Virus record (IMG/VR): IMGVR_UViG_3300037470_000435
Coordinates: 1-46,065 of that record
From: a virus
Taxonomy: Duplodnaviria > Caudoviricetes
Strand: one strand, 5' to 3'
Length of the DNA: 46,065 bases
How positions within the stretch are numbered: position 1 is the stretch's first letter; every line of letters begins with the position of its first letter. The translations under genes and the position numbers were made by a program. This document shows positions 1 to 7,394 of this stretch, piece by piece. Below the pieces are notes generated by a model. That model was not told the origin of the DNA, did not search any database, and saw nothing but the letters and a program-made list of their open reading frames with translations.

Positions 1-30
1 TTCTTGGGTGTATTCCATTTTCTTGGCCAT

Positions 31-396
31 CTATCTCTCCTTCCCCAACCGCTTTTGCAGATAGAGCGGCATATCTGGTGGGTTCAGTTCTTCCATAACG
101 GTCCTCAGGTAATCTCCGTGTTCTTTAAGAACCCACTCCAACGCCTCTTTCGCTTCCTGTAGGTCTTTGAGGGTGGTGGAGAAGGAGCGGAACAGATCAT
201 CCAGTACCCGATTATCCCCCCTCAACCGTTCATTTAGCTCGCGGGTGAGCGTGTGAGAGGCTTGGATTTCGCGTTCGAGTTGGCGGGCGAACGCCGCCCA
301 AGAAAGCTGAACAGTCACTGGGCTTTCAAAGGCTTTGGATCGAGGACATTGAAATACCATTTCATCTGTCATTGGGGTGTCTAGCATATCGCTCAT
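31..396 (-). CDS. hypothetical protein, coiled-coil
   Basis: ORF; ATG at 396 overlaps the upstream TGA (ATGA), preferred to the longer ORF-track start. Confidence 0.6.
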   Translation of the reverse strand: MSDMLDTPMTDEMVFQCPRSKAFESPVTVQLSWAAFARQLEREIQASHTLTRELNERLRGDNRVLDDLFRSFSTTLKDLQEAKEALEWVLKEHGDYLRTVMEELNPPDMPLYLQKRLGKER

Positions 397-689
397 ATCT
401 TCCCCCGTTCGCGCAGTAAGGCGCGGATGATCCCGCAAGCATCCTTCTCTCGAAGTTCGTCATTATCGTAGTCGTCATAACATCCGTTCTTAAGGAACGC
501 TTTAGCCCGCTTCTCCACCTCCGTCTCGATGTCAGGGGCAGTGTCGTGCATTATTTTGAAAAGCTCCTTAACGATTTGTTGGATGCTTCTGGTTGTAGCG
601 AGCTTATGGGTAATCTCACGATAAAGATCAGCACCACGGTTCAACATTTGATTATCTGGCTCGCGTGGGATGTGCTTGATGGGGGTCAT
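393..689 (-). CDS. hypothetical protein
   Basis: 98-aa ORF co-oriented with and coupled to neighbour; IPREPDNQML-like motif common in small phage proteins. Confidence 0.6.
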   Translation of the reverse strand: MTPIKHIPREPDNQMLNRGADLYREITHKLATTRSIQQIVKELFKIMHDTAPDIETEVEKRAKAFLKNGCYDDYDNDELREKDACGIIRALLRERGKI

Positions 690-804
690 GGCTGGTTGCT
701 CATAGTTATGCCTTCTTGTCAGCGTTTGAAATCATGGCAGAGTCAGCTCCTTAAACCGATCAAAAAAAAACCTATTTTTCGCCGCTTTCTTCGTTTGAAG
801 TCGA

Positions 805-1152
805 TCATGTCTTATCCTTATGCTTGGGCATCAGGTTGGTGAGTTTGTAGTAGCGGGTTTTGCCAAGGAGGGTTTCCCAGAAGTAGCTGCGTTGGCATTT
901 GGAGCATTGTGTTTGGTCATAGCGATGCCGGCACCAGGAGGTGTTGTCGGCGCCGCAGCCGGGGCACTTCCAGTTGAGCTCGGCGCGCGAGAGTCTTGGA
1001 GCTAAGTCATCAGCCATTAGTTTTTTCTGATGCTGTGCGCCGGTCTTCCACCGGTAGATCGTGGCCCGGCTGATGCCGGTGATCGCGACGATGGTCTCGA
1101 TGGGGACGTTGTCTTCCAGGGCTTGGAGGGCATCTGTTTTAGTACCGTTCAT
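805..1152 (-). CDS. HTH DNA-binding protein with C-terminal zinc ribbon
   Basis: IETIVAITGISRATIYRW (Hin/resolvase-type HTH); CPGC...CSKC. Confidence 0.7.
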   Translation of the reverse strand: MNGTKTDALQALEDNVPIETIVAITGISRATIYRWKTGAQHQKKLMADDLAPRLSRAELNWKCPGCGADNTSWCRHRYDQTQCSKCQRSYFWETLLGKTRYYKLTNLMPKHKDKT

Positions 1153-1159
1153 CGCGGGG

Positions 1160-1190
1160 ATTCTCGCAGAGTTGAAAAGTGGGCTGTTTT
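1160..1190 (-). promoter_or_regulatory. CAGCCCA-box promoter
   Basis: AAAACAGCCCACT-12nt(ends TGc)-GAGAAT-7nt-ATG. Confidence 0.65.
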
Positions 1191-1261
1191 GTTTGTTTAG
1201 CGCGAATTTAAAACCTGGGCGCTGGGTGCTCGGAATGCTAAGCGGATCATGGGGTTACTGA

Positions 1262-1730
1262 TGACTGATGACTCAGGGCTAGTGAGAATCCGGGGCAGAA
1301 CGTGAGACGGGTCTGTCGTTTTTGCGCGAGAGACGGACCCGGTTGATTTAAAAGAGATTTCTGTGAGAATTCTAATTATTCTTCGATGAATACTGGCGTA
1401 TTATATATATTATATATATTAATTACTTATACTTAATATATAGTACGTAGTACGTATTTTGTCTCACGGCTTGAGTTTGAGAGCGATCTAGCCAGCTGGG
1501 AGACTTTTGAAAAAATAAAAAACACTTTCACACGATTCCCCTTAAGGTTGCTCAAACCGCGCTAAAATCCCAATACCGGAGCTATGAAATAAATGTAAGT
1601 TATTGAAAAAGCCGGCTCGAGTTTGAGGTTTTTGTGAGATTTATGGGGTATATTATGAGACGCTAATATACTCGTTTTTTGCTAGGGAATAAGTGTAAGC
1701 CTTTGAAAAGGCCGGCTCGAGTTTTAAAAC
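1262..1730. other. putative replication origin (AT-rich core plus repeats)
   Basis: Non-coding; AT tract ~1398-1460; many (T/G)GAGA(C) repeats; 37-nt direct repeat at 1588 and 1688; IHF-like TAAGTTATTGAAA. Confidence 0.5.
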
Positions 1731-1863
1731 GGTGTTTTGGAGCCCCAGGCGTTGGCAACGGGTGGAGAAGCCCGCGGAGGGTACCCGGACCGCACCCTTC
1801 CGCCACTTATGTCCCGAATGACGGTGCGGTTGACCTCAAAGCTATTTCAGATGAACGGTAGTG

Positions 1864-2466
1864 CTAAGCCGCTGAACGGGCATAGTCCCATTGAAACCAG
1901 TGTTGCATGTACTGAGAGGCCTCGTCGGTGAGTGGCGGAGGGGGCTTCTGAGGCGTGTTGTTGTGTTGGGTCAGGTTGACGTTGAGATGCTCGGCGAGGT
2001 TTTGCAGGTATTGGAATGGCCAGATTGTGGTGCCTAGGTCGGGTCGGAGGTATATGAATTGGCTTTTGCGGTTTTCTGGGAGCGGGTGCCGGACGGTGAA
2101 TTTCGGGAAGAAGCGTCCTTTGCCTGTGGCGTCGTAGGCGTGTGTGAATACAGTTTGGTTGTTCATGAGCCATTCCGAGAATGGCTGTTTGACACTGGTG
2201 CGCATGGCTTCGGAGTAGGCCGGATCGGCGTGTGGGCCGTTGAAGTTACGGAGAAATTTGTAGAGGCTCCAGAGGCGGTCGAGCGGATCACGGATTACGC
2301 CGAGTTTCTCCCAGCGGTCGTAGCCCTGGGGTACGCCGTCGGCTTCCATGTGGCGGTAGAGCAACACGGATTGTGGATACTTGGCGGCGATGGCGCGGCG
2401 CAGGGATCCGGATCCTGTGCGTGGGACGAGGATGATAATTTTCTGAAGCTCAGGTATGAGGATCAT
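1864..2466 (-). CDS. sulfotransferase family (Sulfotransfer_2-like) protein
   Basis: 5'-PSB-like VPRTGSGSL, 3'-PB-like IRDPLDRLWSLY, SQFIYL and C-terminal F.WD; start MILIPEL. Confidence 0.65.
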   Translation of the reverse strand: MILIPELQKIIILVPRTGSGSLRRAIAAKYPQSVLLYRHMEADGVPQGYDRWEKLGVIRDPLDRLWSLYKFLRNFNGPHADPAYSEAMRTSVKQPFSEWLMNNQTVFTHAYDATGKGRFFPKFTVRHPLPENRKSQFIYLRPDLGTTIWPFQYLQNLAEHLNVNLTQHNNTPQKPPPPLTDEASQYMQHWFQWDYARSAA

Positions 2467-2485
2467 GAAGGGTCTCTTGTGGTTT

Positions 2486-2646
2486 GTCTGCCGGGCCGGT
2501 GCGGTCACGCTGGCTGATAAGGCTTGCTGCCGCTCCGTTTACCCGCTTATCTCACGGTATAGGCCTGAGCCCACGCTATCGACGTTAGGTTCAGACCGTT
2601 CCGAATAGGGCTACCTTCTTACTGGTTCTGTTCCTACCCGGCAGAC
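2486..2646 (-). ncRNA. candidate ~160-nt structured RNA
   Basis: Ends pair perfectly (GTCTGCCGGG/CCCGGCAGAC); long internal hairpin; lies 12 nt after tRNA-Asp CCA. Confidence 0.5.
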
Positions 2647-2658
2647 TCGTTAATAAAT

Positions 2659-2735
2659 TGGCGGGAATGGGGAGACTTGAACTTCCGACATCCGGCTTGA
2701 CAAGCCGGCGCTCTATCCTGCTGAGCTACATCCCC
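2659..2735 (-). tRNA. tRNA-Asp(GTC)
   Basis: GGGGATG/CATTCCC acceptor, CCGGC-TT-GTC-AA-GCCGG, TTCAAGT T-loop, G73, CCA. Confidence 0.9.
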
Positions 2736-2740
2736 GATAA

Positions 2741-2886
2741 GGAGGGCTGAATGGGAGTCGAACCCTAGGGCGTTGGATTAGTTGACTCTCCAACGTCCCG
2801 TCCAGTATTGCAGTGCTGACCGCTCAGCGCCCATCTACGTGTCTGCAGACATGCCTGCAGCTTTATTTCGATGCTGGATTCAGCCC
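2741..2886 (-). ncRNA. tRNA-like RNA, 146 nt, 9-bp acceptor and 3-bp T stem
   Basis: GGGCTGAAT/ATTCAGCCC-T-CC; GGG-TTCGACT-CCC; extra helices inside; sits between two tRNAs with ~5-nt spacers. Confidence 0.7.
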
Positions 2887-2891
2887 ATGTT

Positions 2892-2968
2892 TGGTGAATC
2901 GGGCGGGGCTCGAACCCGCTAGGACCAGCTTGAAGGGCTGGCTGCTCGACCACTTTGCATTCCGATTC
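2892..2968 (-). tRNA. atypical tRNA-Glu(TTC)
   Basis: GAATCGG/CCGATTC, CCAGC-CC-TTC-AA-GCTGG (C33), GCGGG-TTCGAGC-CCCGC, CCA. Confidence 0.75.
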
Positions 2969-3539
2969 AGGTATGACTCTGCTCCATGTTCTTGTAACAG
3001 CGCTGTACCATGAGTGCCTGGGTGATGGCGTCATCGAGCGCGTTGTGGTGGTCACCGATGCGCCATTGGGGTTTGTCGTCGTAGTTGGGGAATCCGCTGC
3101 GCTCGATGGTACGTACGCAGTTCTCTTCCCAGTATTTCATGGGCCACATCTCGCGGACGGATTTGAATGCGCTCTTGATGATGACGCAGTCGAAGCTCGG
3201 GCCTTTGGCCCACACGCCGGTGAGTCGCTGTGGGCGCTCCTGGATCCAGCGTCGCAGGCCGCTGATGGCCTCGAGGAGGCTGCGGTTGTTTTGTAGCATG
3301 GCCAGGCGCGCGCCGTCGGCCTGCTGCATCCACCACACAACGGTGCTGGGCGACATGGTGCGGCCGAGGCGGACATTATCTTCCAGGCTGACGGTGCAGA
3401 AGTAGCTGTCCTTGCGTAGGTCGTCGGGTGTGCTGGTGGAGTTGAATGGGTCGAATACGCAAGCACCGATTGAGGTGACCGCGGCGTCGCGTTCGGTGTC
3501 CATGGTTTCCAAGTCCAGCATGAATTCGGCGTTGATCAT
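2967..3539 (-). CDS. DEDDh 3'-5' exo(ribo)nuclease (RNase AS/Rv2179c-like phage family)
   Basis: MLDLETM (ExoI), WAKGPSFD (ExoII), HNALDDA (ExoIII). Confidence 0.85.
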   Translation of the reverse strand: MINAEFMLDLETMDTERDAAVTSIGACVFDPFNSTSTPDDLRKDSYFCTVSLEDNVRLGRTMSPSTVVWWMQQADGARLAMLQNNRSLLEAISGLRRWIQERPQRLTGVWAKGPSFDCVIIKSAFKSVREMWPMKYWEENCVRTIERSGFPNYDDKPQWRIGDHHNALDDAITQALMVQRCYKNMEQSHT

Positions 3540-4133
3540 TTGGATTTTGGCTCCTCGTCTTTATGAATGGTTTTCTTGAAGTAGCCGTTTAAGGCGGTGT
3601 GGAAGACGATGACGCCTTCCGGGTTCATGAAACCGGGCGCTGCGACGCTTCCTTTTTTGTCGAGTTGAAAGAGCATGTCGTCGACGGCTTGGGTGTTAAA
3701 AGGTCCTTGGTAGAGTACCGGTACCACATGGCAGCATTCCGGTTTGGTCTCTTCATTCCATCGGGAGGTGTTGAAAAGTGAGAAGCGTTTTTCTTTGAGG
3801 CCATATCCACGGCCGATTTTGCCGCCCCACCACTCACCGAAATGGGAGCCTTCACCTAGGTGGGTGAGTTCTTCGGCGTGTTTGGCTACCCATGCGGCGA
3901 AGCCGAAGTTGTCGTCTCCGGGGGATATGAATCGGTTGCGTGAGCCGGCGTAGATGTAGTAACGAGCGGCGCCGCCAGGGGGTAGGCACGATTGCGGTGG
4001 TTGGTATTGCCGGTCCTAAGCCGAAACCTAGTGGTGAAAAGGAGATCGTGATTTGCGCGTTAGTGCCGTCGAGTTTCTCAGTGATGATACATTCGCGGGA
4101 CAGGCGCGGAATTTTTCCAAACGAATTGAACAT
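3536..4133 (-). pseudogene. Rnl2-like RNA ligase with a single +1 frameshift
   Basis: TEKLDGTN (motif I) in one frame; AGSRNRF, FGEWWG, PEGVIV, FKK in the next; break at C5 run 3978-3982. Confidence 0.8.
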
Positions 4134-4142
4134 GGTGGCCTC

Positions 4143-5996
4143 TTATTTGTTGTAGAAGACTTCGTGGCCGCCTTCAGCTTTGAGCGGGAGGTCGGGTGCC
4201 CAGGCGGGCGGTGTGGCCATGGTGTCCAGCATGAACTTGAAGCACTTATCAGCTTCATCTTCAGGTGCGAGCGCGACGACTTCGTCATATGTGAACATGA
4301 CGGCACGCCAGCGCTGGTCGATGATTTGGAGCTGGTCGGTAACGATGATGCGGGCCAAGGCCTGTACGATGTTTTCGACGCCGAGGCCTCCGTAGATCTT
4401 GGTGCGGCCGCCTTCTTGGACGGTGTAATAGAGATCACCGTCGTAGCCGCCCAGATCTGGATAGTAGAGATCCATGCCGTTAGGTAGCCGGATGCGCTCG
4501 TGGCTGAAGGTCATCCCTTTGTAGGTATATGGTTTCATCTTGGGGGAGGTCATGGCCCACAAGAGGTTGTTGATGGTTTTCCAGCTGGCGGTGATGGCCT
4601 CGTATTTACCGCGATAGCCGTACACGATCCCGGTGGAAGTGTCTAATTCGATGAAGACGCGTGGGCCGCTTAATGCACCGGCGGCTAAGGTGGCTTTGAG
4701 TTTGGGGGGTCCCATGCCGAAGCCTAGGCCGAGGATGCAGACCTTGCCGACGAAGCCTTCGAGTTCGTCTGGGTGGGTTTCGATTCCGTTTATTATTTCT
4801 ATGCGTTTACGGTTGATGGGCCGGTGGTAAATGATCTCTGAGGCGAATTCGCTGTAGACGTCGCGGTCGGCCCGGAAGGCTTCGAGGAGTCCGAGTTCGT
4901 CGGCTTGCCATGGGTTGACGCGCGCTTCGATTTGGGCGGAATCACTTACGACCAGGCGGTATCCTGGTGGTGCGATTATGGACTTACGCAGCTCTGATCC
5001 GCGCTTGAGGGCGAGCGGGTTGACTTTATCGCCGCCTGAAGGTCTTCCGGTGTGCGCGCCATAATGGTTGAGGTAAACCGGCCACGGCTTGTTGTCTTCG
5101 GTGATTCGCAGCAGCCGCTGTGTTTTGTTTTCGTTCTGGTTGGATTTGGCATGGATGCGTGCGGCCATCAGGTCGCGGGTGCGTTCATCTGGGCTGTCGC
5201 GCAGGTCCAGAAATGCTGAGTCGCCCTTGGCGAATGCATATGTTTGTTCGCCTGTGGTGGGGCTGATTTTCATCGGCACGGTTATGCCGGCGTTCTCTAG
5301 GATCTTGGCGAACTTTGGGTTGCTGGTGAAGTCCTTGCGCGTGTAGCCGGTTTTGTCGATGAGTGCGGCCTTTTCGGCTAGCTCGGCCTCCATGGCTTTG
5401 ATCGCGCGTGGTCGGTCGGTCAGGAGTACGGGGTTGGTGAATAGTTTGATGGTGAAGTTCATTAGCCATAGCTCGGCCGGGATGAAGAATGGTAGGAGCT
5501 TCTCGGCGATGGTGTCGGCGATGTCCACGTCCTGGTCGCAGTACACACTCAGAGGTTGTTCGAGTTCAGGGGTGAGTTCTCGCAAGCCTTTGGTGGCGTC
5601 CAGGGCTGCTTCTAGGTTGGTGTAAGAAATGTTGAGGTGTCGGGCTACGGAATATAAATCATGTCGGCATGAGGTCTGGTTGATGGCGCGGCTCATGCTT
5701 AAGGTACATATGAAAGAGCGTGGTTCTACTCCCACATGTTCTTTGAGGATGAGGCCTTCAAATTGCGCGTGATGCGCGATGAGATCGGTGTCGGTCCAGT
5801 TTACATCGTTTTGTAGGAATTTGAGCAGCGCGTCGCGTCGCATCCAACGGGTAGGTTTGCGGTCAACTTTGACTGAGCCTCCATGGATGAGGAATTCGGG
5901 ACTGCGGATGTATTCTGCGGTGGTGTGTTGGTACTTGCCTTTTTTTAGTGTGTAGGTGCTGCTGAAGTAGGTTTCGAGGTCGAGTCCTAGACGCAT
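4143..5996 (-). CDS. family A DNA polymerase with 3'-5' exonuclease domain
   Basis: LDLETY, AHHAQFE, YCDQD exo motifs; DSAQIEARV motif A, KVCILGLGFG motif B, TYDE motif C; start MRLGLDLET. Confidence 0.9.
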   Translation of the reverse strand: MRLGLDLETYFSSTYTLKKGKYQHTTAEYIRSPEFLIHGGSVKVDRKPTRWMRRDALLKFLQNDVNWTDTDLIAHHAQFEGLILKEHVGVEPRSFICTLSMSRAINQTSCRHDLYSVARHLNISYTNLEAALDATKGLRELTPELEQPLSVYCDQDVDIADTIAEKLLPFFIPAELWLMNFTIKLFTNPVLLTDRPRAIKAMEAELAEKAALIDKTGYTRKDFTSNPKFAKILENAGITVPMKISPTTGEQTYAFAKGDSAFLDLRDSPDERTRDLMAARIHAKSNQNENKTQRLLRITEDNKPWPVYLNHYGAHTGRPSGGDKVNPLALKRGSELRKSIIAPPGYRLVVSDSAQIEARVNPWQADELGLLEAFRADRDVYSEFASEIIYHRPINRKRIEIINGIETHPDELEGFVGKVCILGLGFGMGPPKLKATLAAGALSGPRVFIELDTSTGIVYGYRGKYEAITASWKTINNLLWAMTSPKMKPYTYKGMTFSHERIRLPNGMDLYYPDLGGYDGDLYYTVQEGGRTKIYGGLGVENIVQALARIIVTDQLQIIDQRWRAVMFTYDEVVALAPEDEADKCFKFMLDTMATPPAWAPDLPLKAEGGHEVFYNK

Positions 5997-6002
5997 GGCG
6001 TG

Positions 6003-6032
6003 AGTGTACTCATCAGAGGTATGGGCTGTTTT
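6003..6032 (-). promoter_or_regulatory. CAGCCCA-box promoter of DNA polymerase operon
   Basis: AAAACAGCCCATA-11nt-TACACT-6nt-ATG, directly after a terminator. Confidence 0.7.
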
Positions 6033-6048
6033 TGGTATGTGTAGGCAT

Positions 6049-6089
6049 AAAAAATGCCCCGGGGCTTGGGGGAGGCCTTGTCCGGGGCG
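6049..6089 (-). terminator. intrinsic terminator
   Basis: GCCCCGG...CCGGGGC stem followed by ATTTTTT. Confidence 0.65.
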
Positions 6090-6121
6090 TGGTTGGATCG
6101 CGGGGGAGGGTTGGAGAGTTG

Positions 6122-6937
6122 TTACGCGGTGGCCTGATCGGGTTGTTTGTCCTCCATGGTCTCGGTGGCGGTGGAGGAGAGGAACGCGGCGCGGTTGTTG
6201 TTCTCGGCGTCGGTAGCCATCTGATCCGCCAAGGTGTCGGCCTTGTTCATCACGTCGATGAGCAGGCGGCGTTCTGCACCGAGGTCGGCTAGGCGTTTGG
6301 CTCGGCGGGTACCGGCGGCCTGTTGTAGGCGTTGCTGCTCGTATTGGTCGCATTTACTGGCGACTTTCTCGAGGATACGGGCGGCATCGTAATCCGAGAG
6401 CTCGAAATCGCCGGATTCGAAGCGCAGAGCCGCATCGATCTCGTTGGCGATGTATTTCTGGTCGCGGAGGATGGCTTGACGCGTGAGCTCCTGGCGTTCG
6501 AGGTTCTGCTTGGCGTTACCTTCGAAGGCTGCGGTTGCTTCCGCGATGGTGACGCCCATGGTGGTGGCGAAGGTCTTTATCTCTTCCTCGGGCGTGACAC
6601 GCGGGGCGTTGTTCTCCTTTGTGACCAGAGCGATGACGCTTTCACCGGTGGGTAGGAAGTCCGGGGTGGCTTCTTCCTTGGCCCAGCTGATGATGCTGCT
6701 GATCTCCGTGATGCGCTGGTCTTGGCGTTTTAGGCGGGTGAGTTTGTCTGCTTCTGGCATGCTGCGTAGGCGCGTGAATTGGTTGTCGTCCGGGTGGTCC
6801 ATGCGCGCCCGTACCGCGATAGCGGAGGCGAGGCTGGCGCTGTACGACCAGACGAGGGAGGCCATCAAGGATCCGTGGACACCGTTTACGAGCTTGAGGT
6901 CGTTGATCCGTTGTTCGACTTTTGTTATGTTTGACAT
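6122..6937 (-). CDS. hypothetical alpha-helical early protein
   Basis: 271-aa ORF, GGAG RBS. Confidence 0.75.
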   Translation of the reverse strand: MSNITKVEQRINDLKLVNGVHGSLMASLVWSYSASLASAIAVRARMDHPDDNQFTRLRSMPEADKLTRLKRQDQRITEISSIISWAKEEATPDFLPTGESVIALVTKENNAPRVTPEEEIKTFATTMGVTIAEATAAFEGNAKQNLERQELTRQAILRDQKYIANEIDAALRFESGDFELSDYDAARILEKVASKCDQYEQQRLQQAAGTRRAKRLADLGAERRLLIDVMNKADTLADQMATDAENNNRAAFLSSTATETMEDKQPDQATA

Positions 6938-6963
6938 TATGTTCTCCAGTTGTATTGCGTTGG

Positions 6964-7161
6964 TTAGATGTGTGAAGCGATGAACTTGTGCTTGAATTGT
7001 ACGAAATGTTCTCGACTCCGGATGTTGCCGGGGACGTAATCCATATAGGCGTCGACGGCTTCGTCCTCTAGGCGGCTGATGGTGTCTTCTACGCTCTCTG
7101 TTACGAGCGGTGAATGGTCAGCGGCGATCTCGGCAACTTGACTATTGAATAGAACTCTCAT
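6964..7161 (-). CDS. hypothetical protein
   Basis: MRVLFNSQ..., GGGGG RBS. Confidence 0.6.
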   Translation of the reverse strand: MRVLFNSQVAEIAADHSPLVTESVEDTISRLEDEAVDAYMDYVPGNIRSREHFVQFKHKFIASHI

Positions 7162-7255
7162 GTAACCCCCCAAGTTAAATGAACGACATAAATCCAAACT
7201 CAAACCACACCAGGCCCCAACTCAAACAACTCAAAACCGGGAGCTTGGTGGGCGT

Positions 7256-7279
7256 AAAAAAGCCCGCCTAAGCGGGCTT
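7256..7279 (-). terminator. intrinsic terminator
   Basis: AAGCCCGC-TTAG-GCGGGCTTTTTT. Confidence 0.8.
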
Positions 7280-7394
7280 GTTGGGTGCGGCAATGTTGTT
7301 ATCTCCTGTTAACTTCGTTGAAAATGACTCGGAGCGTCCTCGCCCTGAGTCACTAGTCCTAAGTCACTAAGCCTTAAATACCCCGAGTACTTAG

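Noticed and set aside
2486-2646. RNase P RNA fragment or tRNA-linked theta/HDV ribozyme
   Set aside because: Short RNase P-like words occur in the wrong order; no HDV double-pseudoknot could be built and it does not abut the tRNA 3' end
2741-2886. tmRNA (5' end resembles GGGGCTGA..TCGA; AAATAAAGCT-GCA resembles a resume context)
   Set aside because: Only 146 nt, G3-C70 and U73 instead of G3-U70/A73, and the short frame AGMSADT has no degradation-tag ending
2892-2968. UGA suppressor/Sec tRNA or genome recoding (loop contains TTCAA)
   Set aside because: In the 7-nt loop the central triplet is TTC; no long variable arm; TGA and TAG end many well-defined genes
5997-6353. N-terminal extension of the polymerase in the ORF track (736 aa)
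   Set aside because: Overlaps another gene, a terminator and a promoter; the exonuclease motif starts right after ATG 5996
7268-7310. AGGAG RBS-like site on minus strand before the terminator
   Set aside because: No ATG/GTG follows; only a tiny ATT/TTG-start frame, unsupported
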